A stretch of DNA of 58,312 nt, filler included, from Catajapyx aquilonaris (lineage: Eukaryota), in assembly GCA_000934665.2 (NCBI GenBank). It is 3 parts of 3 records of this genome, joined end to end, with 100 filler letters (N's around TTAATTAATTAA, not from the genome) between each part and the next. Parts side by side here need not be neighbours in the genome. Positions count along the whole stretch, not along the records: positions 19,477 to 38,847 come from JYFJ02006473.1; positions 38,948 to 58,312 come from JYFJ02006474.1; 1 more part is not named here. One strand, given 5' to 3'. Both the position numbers and the translations under genes were made by a program. The notes below the pieces were generated by a model. The model did no database searches. It was not told the DNA's origin and saw nothing but the letters and a program-made list of their open reading frames with translations. Shown here one piece after another: positions 38,096-49,225 of the stretch (its first letter is position 1; the number at the start of each line of letters is the position of its first letter).

Positions 38096-38847
38096 TGACG
38101 CGAGAGATTGGTACACGTGCTACGTGCGTTGTTATTACAAAAAAATTTATCGCAACATTTTTAGTTTCCATTGGATGCTGCGGTTTTTATCCCATTATTA
38201 ATATGATGCCAGTTTTGCAATCGTACAGAAGCATGGTTTTCACAATAGTGTATTTTAATGAACGCGTTGGGTCAGCTAGAGTATAATATCTGAAAACAAA
38301 CTCAAATAATAAATTTCCTGACCTGGTTGGCATGTCACTTACGTAACGTTTTCTACCTACAATCCACATATGACGCATGTAATGGGAAAAAATCAATTCG
38401 TTCCAATTGAACATTTCCAACCGAAAACTCATTTAAACTGACACAATGGATTGACGATTAAATGGCCCTAACATGTGACCATTGTTATCCATCTGTTTGG
38501 GTAACAAAATATAATCCTGCCGTTCGGAAACTTTATTGTTGCTACACTTCTTGGTAAATTTCATAGGGGAAAGGAAGGAGACATACTGTATTAATTGTCA
38601 TAATGGGCCATCAGAAGCAATGAAAATAATTTATTGCGCAAAAAAAGTGAAAATATGTCAATAACATTGCTGCCTTACCAAGATTTAGATTATTATTTTA
38701 GAGTATTATTCTGGTTTACGTAAACTTACAATCCTGTGGATGTGGAATGGGTGATTGTTGTGAGTCATCACTCACGTTTTATCGCTCTCCAATAATATAT
38801 TATAGTTGGAAAGATCCAGGCGGGTAATTCACCACCTGTATGCGCCA

Positions 38848-38947
38848 NNNNNNNNNNNNNNNNNNNNNNNNNNNNNNNNNNNNNNNNNNNNTTAATTAAT
38901 TAANNNNNNNNNNNNNNNNNNNNNNNNNNNNNNNNNNNNNNNNNNNN
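38848..38947. other. Scaffold gap with artificial TTAATTAATTAA spacer
   Basis: 100-nt N run with a central six-frame stop linker. Confidence 0.95.
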
Positions 38948-39082
38948 ATATTAATGCATTTGAAATGAATAAAGTGAAATTATTCACCTGTCCCAGTTTC
39001 AAGTTGGTAAGTGAATAAAATTATGCACTCCAGGTTTTCAGTGTATGAATAAATCATAATTTACAAAAATTGTGATTCTCAC

Positions 39083-41120
39083 CTCGGAAGAGACTCATGA
39101 ATCGGATTAACCAGAAACCCGACGAGCTTTGCGGTGTATCCACAAGTGATGACCACTGAGAATATCCACCAGAGAGAGAGGAACATCCTGGCAGAGTGTG
39201 ACCTAGGGACAAGGTTTGGGTTCTCCTCGATCAGGGTCAGGAGGACATAGGTCAGGGAGTAAGGGAAGAGGGGAGGGGAGGGCTTGGGGAAGGGGGAGGT
39301 GACCTTCTTGGTGGTGACCAGGAGGAGAAGCCAGAGGAAGAGGCATCCGATGAGGCAGGAAATGGCGATCAGGAGCCACATTCCGTAGGTGTAGGGTCGG
39401 ATGATCACATCCCAAGAGTACAGAATTCGAGGTTTACGAGTGACATAGGTCACATACGAGGTGTAAAAGGGGTATCCAAACTCGACCACTTCAAAGGGTG
39501 CCACGAACATCACTGTTCCCAGACAAAAGGCTGTTCTTCCATAGAAAATTTCTCCAGTCAGTCCAATCCATGTTCCGTCATCCAATTTCTCTTCGGGAGA
39601 TACTGCGTTTGCCATGCGATCCATATGGGCTCTAAAGTTCATTTTACTTGTAAATTCCAAGAGCAGCAGTTCCACTAAGTAAAGGAACGTACGATCTCGA
39701 AATTTATCTTTTATAATCCTATTATCTGTGATAAGGTCGTCAAACGGATACAGACCCGATATATTCTGCCCCCGCAGGTCTGAAGTGAAATCCGGGAACA
39801 GATCCTGAAGCTTAACACTGCCTGAGTCAATCTGGACCATTTGTTCGTGGTGGCAGAAGAAGCAGACTGACAAACATGACGAGGTCTCCATGTCCAGTAC
39901 AATCTTTTTGCTGTAATTAAATAGTTAAATATGACAATATAGTTAATTCATGTTTGTTATAATCACTTCATCTTTTGCACTTTTTTCAATTTACTTAGCA
40001 TAATAAACCAATAACAAGAGGTAGCAATAAAAATAGTTCTCCTTACAACTGCATCTTGGTCAAATAAAAGTGGGGGTTGCTCCAGTGCACGACCAAACTT
40101 TTTTGCAGATAATTGAATTTACCTGTAATGCAAGCAATGTAATAGGATGTGTACCGCATTATTTTAATGATCAGTTTAAGTCAGAAATTTTTGGGATCTA
40201 ATATGCTAATTTTAAGCAGTTACAATTAGGATTGTAAGTTTATAATGCGCAGAGCGGCAGAAGCAGAGCAGGACTCATAATAAAATAATTTGCTAATATT
40301 TGACAGAGGTGAACCCTTTCAAGTTAGGTATGCCCTGCCAAGTTTTGGTTATCTGTCATTAAAATTCGAACGAACGGTTGCAATGGGTGATGACCGATTG
40401 AATATTATTCCAATCTTGGGTATACCTAATAATGCCAATGTCATATTGGTCGTAGTCTTACCAATTTATAAAATTTGTCAGTCACTTACAATGACTGCTT
40501 ATCAGTGAGCTGTTTATCGACACCCTGCCTAGAGAGTTTCTATCACTGTACTTGTGTCGGAAAATACCGGATTCATGTTTACCCAAGAATCCTCGAGTGT
40601 GGATGCCGAAGTATCTCCTCCACCCCTCCATCCCTGGAGAAGAAGACGAAGTGGTGCAGACGGGTGTTGAGGAGGACACTGGCTGCAGTGGTCTGGATCA
40701 GTGACTCCAAGTTCTGGTGACGGAGGAAGAAGACGAACAAGGCGCAGTTGGAGTGATGGGTGGCACTGGGAAGATGCAGCCAGTCGAACCAGTACGTCAC
40801 TGGTGAGGTGTGGTTGACATTTCCCGGGTCCCCTTCTGCCATGCTTTGGGTCATCACTTCGGATTCGGGCTGAACCAGTGTAATAAGCAGAACCATACGT
40901 TGTGTTTTGAAGAAGAGGCCCATCACTTGCGCTATCTCAAGGGGCAGATGATCGTAGTCATGAGAAAGGACGATCAGGCAGGACTCGTCCAACTCGATCC
41001 GATATTTTCCAACAGGCTCATTTGTTCAATAATTGACGTGTTATCACGTGAGAATATGAATGATGCCACTACCATTAGTGGCAGAAGAATGAAAATAATT
41101 GCTTCCATCGTTATTCCCAT
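39083..41120 (-). pseudogene. Divergent ionotropic receptor A. Exons 41120-40583 and 39910-39083; last exon not seen (probably in the gap); 1-nt frameshift near 40994
   Basis: Signal-like N-terminus, S1 motif DGTWIGLTGEIFYGR, M1 IIRPYTYGMWLLIAIS, M2 SARMFLSLWWIFSVVITCGYTAKLVGFL. The sequence reads aactcgatcc where paralogue B reads aactgcgatcc. Confidence 0.8.
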
Positions 41121-42677
41121 ATTTTAGACGAAAGAAGCACACTGAAAGCTGCCTCTCAGCACTTCCGACTAGCTGCGAATAATCCTCTGTATACACTTTC
41201 TATGAATACCTTGAAGTTACCTTCAGAATAATTGCAATATTACGAATTTGCTTCTGATTGTGTATCGAACCTATCTGACCACTTTGATTATGCAAGGAGA
41301 AACCTTTGCCTGTAATTTTGGCGGCCAGAATGAATCAGAACAAGCACTTAAATTCTAGAGCAATCATCTGTTCTAAAATATATTCCGTAAAGATGACATG
41401 AACAAAAGTGGCTCATTTACCGAATATATTTTAGAACAAATGGATGACATTATGGATATTTTGCTCTCAAAATCTGAGTTTGATGAGTAGCTGTAACAGA
41501 CTTCCATAAGAGGCATATTGCCTTCATATTCTCTCAGTTTGTAGATTCCATAGGTGCAAAGGTATACATTATTTTGTAACTCACCACATGCATTAACTTT
41601 GGCACTTTTGTTATTGTTATTAATGCCTCTAGAAACTTGACTAAGACTGAAATAATACTGCAGTATTTCATGCTTATACGTAAATGAAGGAGAATCATTG
41701 TTGATACTAACGAAGCATCGATGTATTATTTGGTTAAATGTTCAATGACAATAATATCTCTCGAATTATATTACAAACATCCTAAATAAGGTCGCGTTTC
41801 ATAAAATATCGACTGGCCGGCTGAATACTACAGTGAGATTCATTTTTCCAAATTATTGTGACTATCGTCAAAAGAACAAGCAAACCAAAGTTGTTGTCAT
41901 TTTATAGTGGCTTTAAATAATATAATAATATTGATTATTGATTGATATTATGTAATTATTATTTACACGTAGTACATTAAGAGATTAAGATTAAGAAGGC
42001 ACTATCACTGGTTCTGTCATTATTGCAACAATGGGTTATTAGCCTATCATTGTGCCATTACCGACATTCGTTTGTCATGACTCATGACATGTTTTCAGAT
42101 TGACAAAAGATATTACTTTGAGTTACCACAAGAGCGTACCACTAAATTGATTAGAAAATGAGAACTGATACTAATGTTACATCATTTTGACCTTCGTAGT
42201 GTATAAAATAACACTAAGCAATGATAATAATTTAAAGTAAATTTTCCAATAAGCACAATTAAGACATGCAAATGTGTAAATTTTTGAAGGTGGCGAAATT
42301 ATTGTATTTGTCCTGGGAAGTACGCCTATAATATTTGCATTTAAAAACTAATGTTTCAACAACTGAGTGATTATATTGATAGCACATTTGACGTAACACC
42401 TAAGTTCAAAAAATATTATTACATCGGAATGATGAAATGTGGCATGTTATACACTAGTGGATTAAAATGTGTAGAACAAAAAGCGGAAAATTCATTTTTT
42501 ATGCCTGGAAAATAACTTATTGCCATATTAATTTGCTTCCTTTAGCTACTTTATCAAATATGGACCCAAGTGAAATATGGTACAATTATGAGGATCAGTT
42601 AATGTGTTACTGATATGTGCCAATCTCTTCAGTCCAATACCATGGTCCAATCTATGGACAAGCAACCCTCTCAGCAG

Positions 42678-45600
42678 TCAGCCCCTTTTCTTACACCTGG
42701 CGACAAGTTTCTCCGCAAAAAAAGCAGGAAGAGCAAAAATTCCATAACTCAGTACTAAACCATAAAACAGGCCTTGCATTTGATTGCTATTCAAGGCCAG
42801 GGAAGGTATCTCATGCAAATAATGTTGCTCTCTGGCTTTTTTGATATTCTCCTGGTATTGAATATAATATGAATATCGGAGATAATAATAATCTATCATG
42901 CCAGATGATTCAAGACGAAGGAGGATGGAATCAAAGCGTGGCAAAGTAACGGCATGTTTTGGAAATAACATGCTGCATAGAAATTTGGTGGAAGTGTCGT
43001 CCACTCTAGAAAATGGAAAGTTTCCTTCCATGTCCAGGAATTTGTTTGCATGCTCTATTATAAACGAGGTATCCGTCATGCAGGCGTAATCTTCATTCAG
43101 GGCTGACAGAAGACATTCCTCGAAACTGTCTCTGGATTCGATCATGTCGGCCATCCTTTGAAGACTTTCCACTTCGGCCTCCCAAAAGAGTATCTTGCCA
43201 AAAATGACATGGAGGGCCAGGGAACCCCATCGCCATCCTGGTCGGGATGTCAATTCCGCAACACTGCTAAGTGGTTCGAAAAAGGATTTTAAGAACTTAA
43301 AACGTAATTTAGAGATATTGTGACTCTCACCTCGGAAGAGACTCATGAATCGGATTAACCAGAAACCCGATGAGCTTTGCGGTGTATCCACAAGTGATGA
43401 CCACTGCGAATATCCACCAGAGAGAGAGGAACATCCTGGCAGAGTGTGACCTCGGGACAAGGTTTGGGTTCTCCTCGATCAGGGTCAGGAGGACGTAGGT
43501 CAGGGAGTAAGGGAAGAGGGGAGGGGAGGGCTTGGGGAAGGGGGAGGTGACCTTCTTGGTGGTGACCAGGAGGAGAAGCCAGAGGAAGAGGCTTCCGATG
43601 ATGCAGGAGATGGCGATCAGGAGCCACATTCCGTAGGTGTAAGGTCGGATTATCACGTCCCAGGAGTACAGAATTCGAGGTTTACGAGTGACATATGTCA
43701 GATAGGAAGTGTAAAAGGGATATCCGTACTCAACTACTTCAAGGGGTGAAATCCACCATTAGAAGACAAAAGTCTGTTTTCCCATTGAGAATAGCTCCAG
43801 TCAGTCCAATCCATGTTCCGTCATCCATTTTCTCTTCCACGGAAATTGCATTTTCCATGAGATCAATCTCCGCTTTAAAGTTCATTTTACTAGTCAATGC
43901 GAAAAGCACCAGTTCCATTATGTAAAGGAACTTGCGATCTCGAATCATTTCTTTTATGAGTCTGTTATCTGTGCAAACATTGTACATCGGAAACACTCCC
44001 AGAAGAGTTTTTCCGTGTAGGTCTGAAGTAAAATCCGGGAACAGATCCTGTAGCATTCCGCTGTTTGTCTCGATCTCTACTATTTGTTCTTGACCGTTGT
44101 CGCAGAAGAAGCAGACTGACCAACCTGACGAGTTCCCCATATCCAGAACAATTTTATTACTGCAATGTAAAACAATACAGTCGAGGAGGTTCAGACTTGT
44201 TATCATCAACATAATTCCTATCAACCGATCTCCTATAACACTTTCCTTTCCTTACAGTTTACTTTACATAATAACATAATAAGCAAAGAAGCGGTTGCAA
44301 TGAATACTCTTTTTGGCTGCATGGAATTCCGGCTGGTAAAATGAAGTTGGATGATGGTGAGGAAAATAGCACCAGCGTCATTTGCATATCCGGAATATTT
44401 AATGCGGATATCTATATAATTATATTTACCCATCCTCAGTGTTGTTCACCCATCCCAAAAAATGGAGTGCTGTGGTAATTAACAAAATGTGATTTTTAAT
44501 AATCACCGTTAAGATTATCTGCACTTTAGAGTTGATAATTTTTACCTGTGCCAATGGAGTTAGGCACACACCAAATTTGAAGTTGAATTGACCGTTCACA
44601 ACTGAAATAAATATGATTACAACCTTGGACAGTGAATTTCTGTGGGGACTGGTAAAAATTGCTGCCACTAGGTTTATATATTACTAAGCAGGAAATTAAT
44701 TTTAATAATGAACCTGAGGGGCCAAGTAAACCCGAAGATAGTATTAAAATAAATTTTAAAAAATCTACCACGGAATTTTAAAATGTTATGGCTCGCGGAC
44801 TTTTTCTGAAATTGCTACACTTTGGTGTACAACATTTAGCGGTATTATTTATAAATAAAAATGTGACGACATGGTCTATTTAGACCTCAATCCAATGTGC
44901 TATTATAAAAAAATTTCAATTCAATTAATGCGAAATGGTTTTAAAAATCCCTGCATTAAAAATGCACTGAAAATTCGAAGCCGTGATAAAGATTTTTTAA
45001 ATTCCGTGGGAGATTTTTTGTAATTAATTTTGATGCTGTTTTAATATTTGTGTTGCCGCTCAGGTTCATTATTAAAATTAATATCCTGCTAAGTAGTATT
45101 GGATGCAATTTTTACCAGACCCTACTGAAATCCACTGTCCAAGGTGTAATCAGATTTTTGCACAGTTGTCCAGCTGAAATGCGATTTTTGGGATCTCATA
45201 TGCTTGCTTTTAGTACCGTAAGATTTTGGGGCGCAACAACAGATTAGGACGCATTATTAGCCACGGTTAGATAGTGATGACTGATCCCTTGAATATCTCT
45301 CAAGTTGGGTTTGCCCTGCCAAAATGGACTCTGTCATTAATATTCGATGAAGATGGTTGCACCGATTTATACCCAGTTGAATTAATATCAGACGTTCGGT
45401 AATAGCAGTACGATAATATATTGGCCATAGTTTTACCAGTAATACCGGTAATATTGGAAGTATTTACAAGGTAGTATAACTAGAAACAGCTTAGCCACTT
45501 AGTAAGAACGTGCCTCGAAAGTTTCCACTACTTCTATAGGAAGACACCGGAATCATGTTTACCTCAGTATTCTGGTGTGTGGGTGCAGAAGTATCTCCTC

Positions 45601-46098
45601 CACCCCTCTATCCCTGGTGAAGAAGACGAAGTGGTGCTGACGGGTGTTGAGGAGGACACTGGCTGCAGTGGTCTGGATCAGTGACTCCAAGTTTTGGTGA
45701 CGGAGGAAGAAGACGAACAAGGCGCAGTTGGAGTGATGGGTGGCACTGGGAAGATGCAACCAGTCGAACCAGTATGTCACTGGTGAGGTGTGGTTGACAT
45801 TTCCCGGGTCCTCTTCTGCCATGCTTTGGGTCATCACTTCGGATTCGGGCTGAACCAGTCGAATAGGCAGGACCATACGTTGTGTTTTGAATAAGTGATC
45901 CATCACTTGCACTATCTCAAGTGGCAGATCATCGTAGTCATGAGAAAGGACGATCAAGCAGGACTCGTCCAACTGCGATCCGATCTCTTCCAACAGGCTC
46001 ATTTGTTCAGGAATTGACATGTTATCACGTGAGAATATGAATGACGATACTGACATTTGCGGGAGAAAGATGAAAATAATTGGTATTATTCTACCCAT
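42678..46098 (-). pseudogene. Divergent ionotropic receptor B. Exons 46098-45563, 44159-43331 and ~43266-42678; frameshift near 43742
   Basis: Full IR topology: S1 DGTWIGLTG, M1, M2 GYTAKL, S2 RLESSGMIDYY, M3 LNSNQMQGLFYGLVLSYGIFALPAFFAEKL. The segment between FC and EVVE is 25 nt versus 30 nt in paralogue A, giving TGA at 43741-43739. Confidence 0.82.
44598..45168. mobile_element. MITE with long diverged inverted arms in intron 1 of IR-B
   Basis: ccttggacagtgaatttc...aattttaataatgaacctgag...ccacggaattt is mirrored by aaattccgtgg...ctcaggttcattattaaaatt...gaaatccactgtccaagg. Confidence 0.75.
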
Positions 46099-47048
46099 CC
46101 TTTTTATGGTAAGAAGGCCACTACAAAATGACTTTCTGAATTTCCGACTAACTGCGAATAATCCTCTGTATACACTGACTATGAATACTTTGAAGTTACC
46201 TTCAGAATTGCAATATTCCGAATTTGCTTCTGAATGTGTATTGAACCAATCTGGCTACTTTGATCATTCGAGGAAAAACTCTTGCCTGTAATTTTGGTGA
46301 TCAGGATGAATTAATAAAAACACTTTTATATTCGGTAGCAATTTGTGAGTTCCAAAAATACATTTGGGAAATCAGTCACGTTTGCTCTTGCCATTTTTAC
46401 GGTAAACGACAAAGTTTCCAATTTATATGGTGTGATGACATTATTGATAATTTTGCCCTCGAAAACTGAGGATGTGCAGCATTAATTTATTACAAACTTC
46501 CATGAAAAGCATATTGGCTTTATATTCTCTCAGTTTGTAGATTAATACATTATTACATTCCATTGGTGCATTGTATTGGCTGTCTGAATACTATAGTGAG
46601 ATGAATTTTTTTACAAATAATTGTGACTATCACGAAAATAGTAAGCAAGGCGAAGTAGTTGTGTTTTTCCAGTGGCTTCAAATATAAGATATATCATCGA
46701 TATATTAGATCGGCATAACAGTTACACAAACGTAGATTTTCCAGTTCAGTTATTTTATGAATCTCTCCAATGAAACTATTCAGTATTGTCCGAATACGAC
46801 TATAAAATGTAAAATTGTGATATGCAAACTTGTTTTAATTATTGATCAACTGGTATGACAGAGCTGCAGTCATTCAATATACCATACAGTGAATATTTTA
46901 CCGAAGCAGTGGTGGCGGAGGGGATATGGTGTCCCACTGCTAATCGGGAGGTCCTGGGTTCGATACCCGGGGCCGGCAACTCTAATCGTGGTTTTCTGTG
47001 GTTTCACACGGTCCCTCCAGGAGAATTCCGGAATTGCTTCCTAATTAA

Positions 47049-48330
47049 CCCTTTGATGGCGACGGACATCATATGATGTCCTGAGATTTGCCCTGCCAAC
47101 TTGGGTCATTTTTCAACTCCCAAAATTTCAACCTCACCGATTTTCTTGAAATTCGGTGCATTGGTAGCCCATACCAAGGTTTGAAAAACGAACCTATAGT
47201 TACCTGATCAAAATGACCCTGTGACCCAATTTTGAGGGGGGCAGAGGTCAAATCATAAAATTTCGACCTCACCGATTTTCTTGAAATTCGGTCCATTGGT
47301 AGCCCACACCAAGGGATGACAAACGCACCTATAGTTCCCTGCTCGAAATGACCCTGTGACCCATATTGGAGGGGGGCAGAGGTCAAATTTCGACCTCACC
47401 GATTTTCATGAAATTCGGTGCATTGGTAGCCCACACCAAGGGTTGAAAAACGCACCTATAGTTACCTGATCAAAATGACCTTGTGACCCAATTTTGAGGG
47501 GGGCAGAGGTCAAATCGTAAAATTCCGACCTCACCGATTTTCTTCAAATTCGGTGCATTGGTAGCCCACACCAAGAGATGACAAACCCACCTATAGTTCC
47601 CTGCTCGACATGACCCTGTGACCCATATTGGAGGGGGACATATGTCAATGCACCGTATTTCAAGAAAATCGGTGAGTAGGGCTGTGCGATATCCGAAATT
47701 GCATATCGAATTTCGATACTCAAAAAATATCGAATCGAAGTCGATATATCGAATATCAAAAAAACGACATCGAAAAAAATCGAAAAATATCGCAAACCGA
47801 CAGCACAAAATATCGCGATGTCGGTTTGCGATATTTTGCGATGGGCGATATTTTGCGACGTCGCGTCGGTTCGATGTCGGTTTGCGATATTTTGCGATGT
47901 GCGATAGTTTGCGACGTCGCGTCGGTTCGATGTCGGTTTGCGATATTTTGCGATGTGCGATATTTTGCGACGTCGCGTCGGTTCGATGTCGGTTTGCGAT
48001 ATTTTGCGATGTCGGTTTTTCGATTTTCAATATATCGACCTCGATGCGATATTTTTTGAGTATCGAAAGTCGATATGCAATTTCGGATATCGCACAGCCC
48101 TACCTATCGGTGAGGTCGAAATTTTATGATTTGACCTCTGTCCCCCCTCAAAATTGGGTCACGAGGTCATTTTGATCAGGTAACTATAGGTGCGTTTTTC
48201 ATCCCTTGGTGTGGGCTACCACTGCACCGAATTTCAAGAATATCGTGAGGTCATAAAATTTCCGGAAATGGGGGGAAAAAACTCAGGCCCTGGGGTAATG
48301 CAATCCCTCAAAAACTCCGCCATCAAAGGG
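47049..48330. mobile_element. piggyBac-like non-autonomous element with internal ~120-130-bp tandem repeats in inverted arms
   Basis: TTAA-CCCTTTGATGGCG ... CGCCATCAAAGGG-TTAA. The unit cctcaccgattttcttgaaattcggtgcattggtagccc occurs four times on + and again inverted. Confidence 0.9.
47677..48102. mobile_element. hAT-type MITE nested in the piggyBac-like element
   Basis: Long TIR TAGGGCTGTGCGATATCCGAAATTGCATATCGA. The 8-bp TCGGTGAG flanks both sides (47669-47676, and 48107-48114 after an extra CCTA). Internal CG-rich minisatellite. Confidence 0.85.
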
Positions 48331-48522
48331 TTAATAGGCCACAGCCGCCTTCTTCCTTTCCTATCCTCTCCCAAAAATGCGCAGTAAAAATTACAAGAGT
48401 TCCAGTCAAAACAAAAAAATCGCCCCTTAAGAGCCGCCGGCTGATAACGGGGTATGAATTAGTATTATAATAATTATTATTACAGAGAATATTTTTAAAA
48501 TCCTGCATTGAGGTTGAATATT

Positions 48523-48642
48523 GGTTTCACCGAGCTCAGTATATGATAAAACCAGGGTTCTTTCGCAAAATCCCTATCTATTTGTATGGATTTTCCTAAA
48601 GAAACCTGGTTTTATCATATACCAAGCTCGGTGAAACCGGCC
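48523..48642. mobile_element. Small hairpin MITE
   Basis: ggtttcaccgagct...tatgataaaaccagg is mirrored by cctggttttatcata...agctcggtgaaacc. Confidence 0.7.
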
Positions 48643-49225
48643 CTTAGAGAAGTACCTAATATTAAATGTACCATGTACTGACGTTGGCTGCTATAAAATG
48701 TGATTGTGACCTGTGCCAAATTCTAGTCCCCTCTATTTAATGTGACACTGTACTAACCTTGCAAAATAATACATGAAGAACATTTCAAAGTCAGGCAGAA
48801 TTACCGGTAATGGATTTTTGCATATATGAATACAGAAACTCCAGGTAATATCCCAATTTTCTGAAATAGCAGGAGAAGCACGAGCCACTGATTCCTCTTT
48901 GATAATACCAAACTTCTAGCGGCAACCTATTCATTTCAGTGAGAGGGAAATAGCTGAACAACCGAGCCAATGTGCGTCATAAGTCACAATGCTAAATAAG
49001 TAAGAAGCGAGTAATCTCCACCATGTTGAACAGCAGAGAGGCGCAATTCTTCACGCAAATCACTCCAACAGACCGCAAATGTCAAATTTAATATTTCCCC
49101 AATACAGGCCTACTATAATAACTGAACAGCTGTGGCGAAAAGACTTGGCTTACAGTATCTGAACAAATGGGATTTATTGCCAGTGTGATTCAGGGCATGC
49201 GAGACTCTCGCCCAGATTCGCAAAC

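Larger units (their letters stand above)
46906..48372 (+). mobile_element. tRNA-derived SINE, split by a piggyBac-like insertion (head and body 46906-47048, tail 48335-~48372)
   Basis: A box TGGCGGAGGGG, anticodon-like arm tccca-ctGCTaa-tcggga, B box GGTTCGATACC. The acceptor stem is imperfect. The body gtggttttctgtggtttc...ctccaggagaattccgg...ttcctaattaa resumes as taggccacagccgccttcttcc after the insertion. Confidence 0.7.

Noticed and set aside
46906..46977. Functional tRNA-Ser(GCT)
   Set aside because: Poor acceptor and D stems, no long variable arm, and it continues into a SINE-like body.
47069..48300. CRISPR-like array or repetitive ORFs of 105-186 aa
   Set aside because: The repeats are contiguous with no unique spacers, the context is eukaryotic, and all lie inside nested MITEs.
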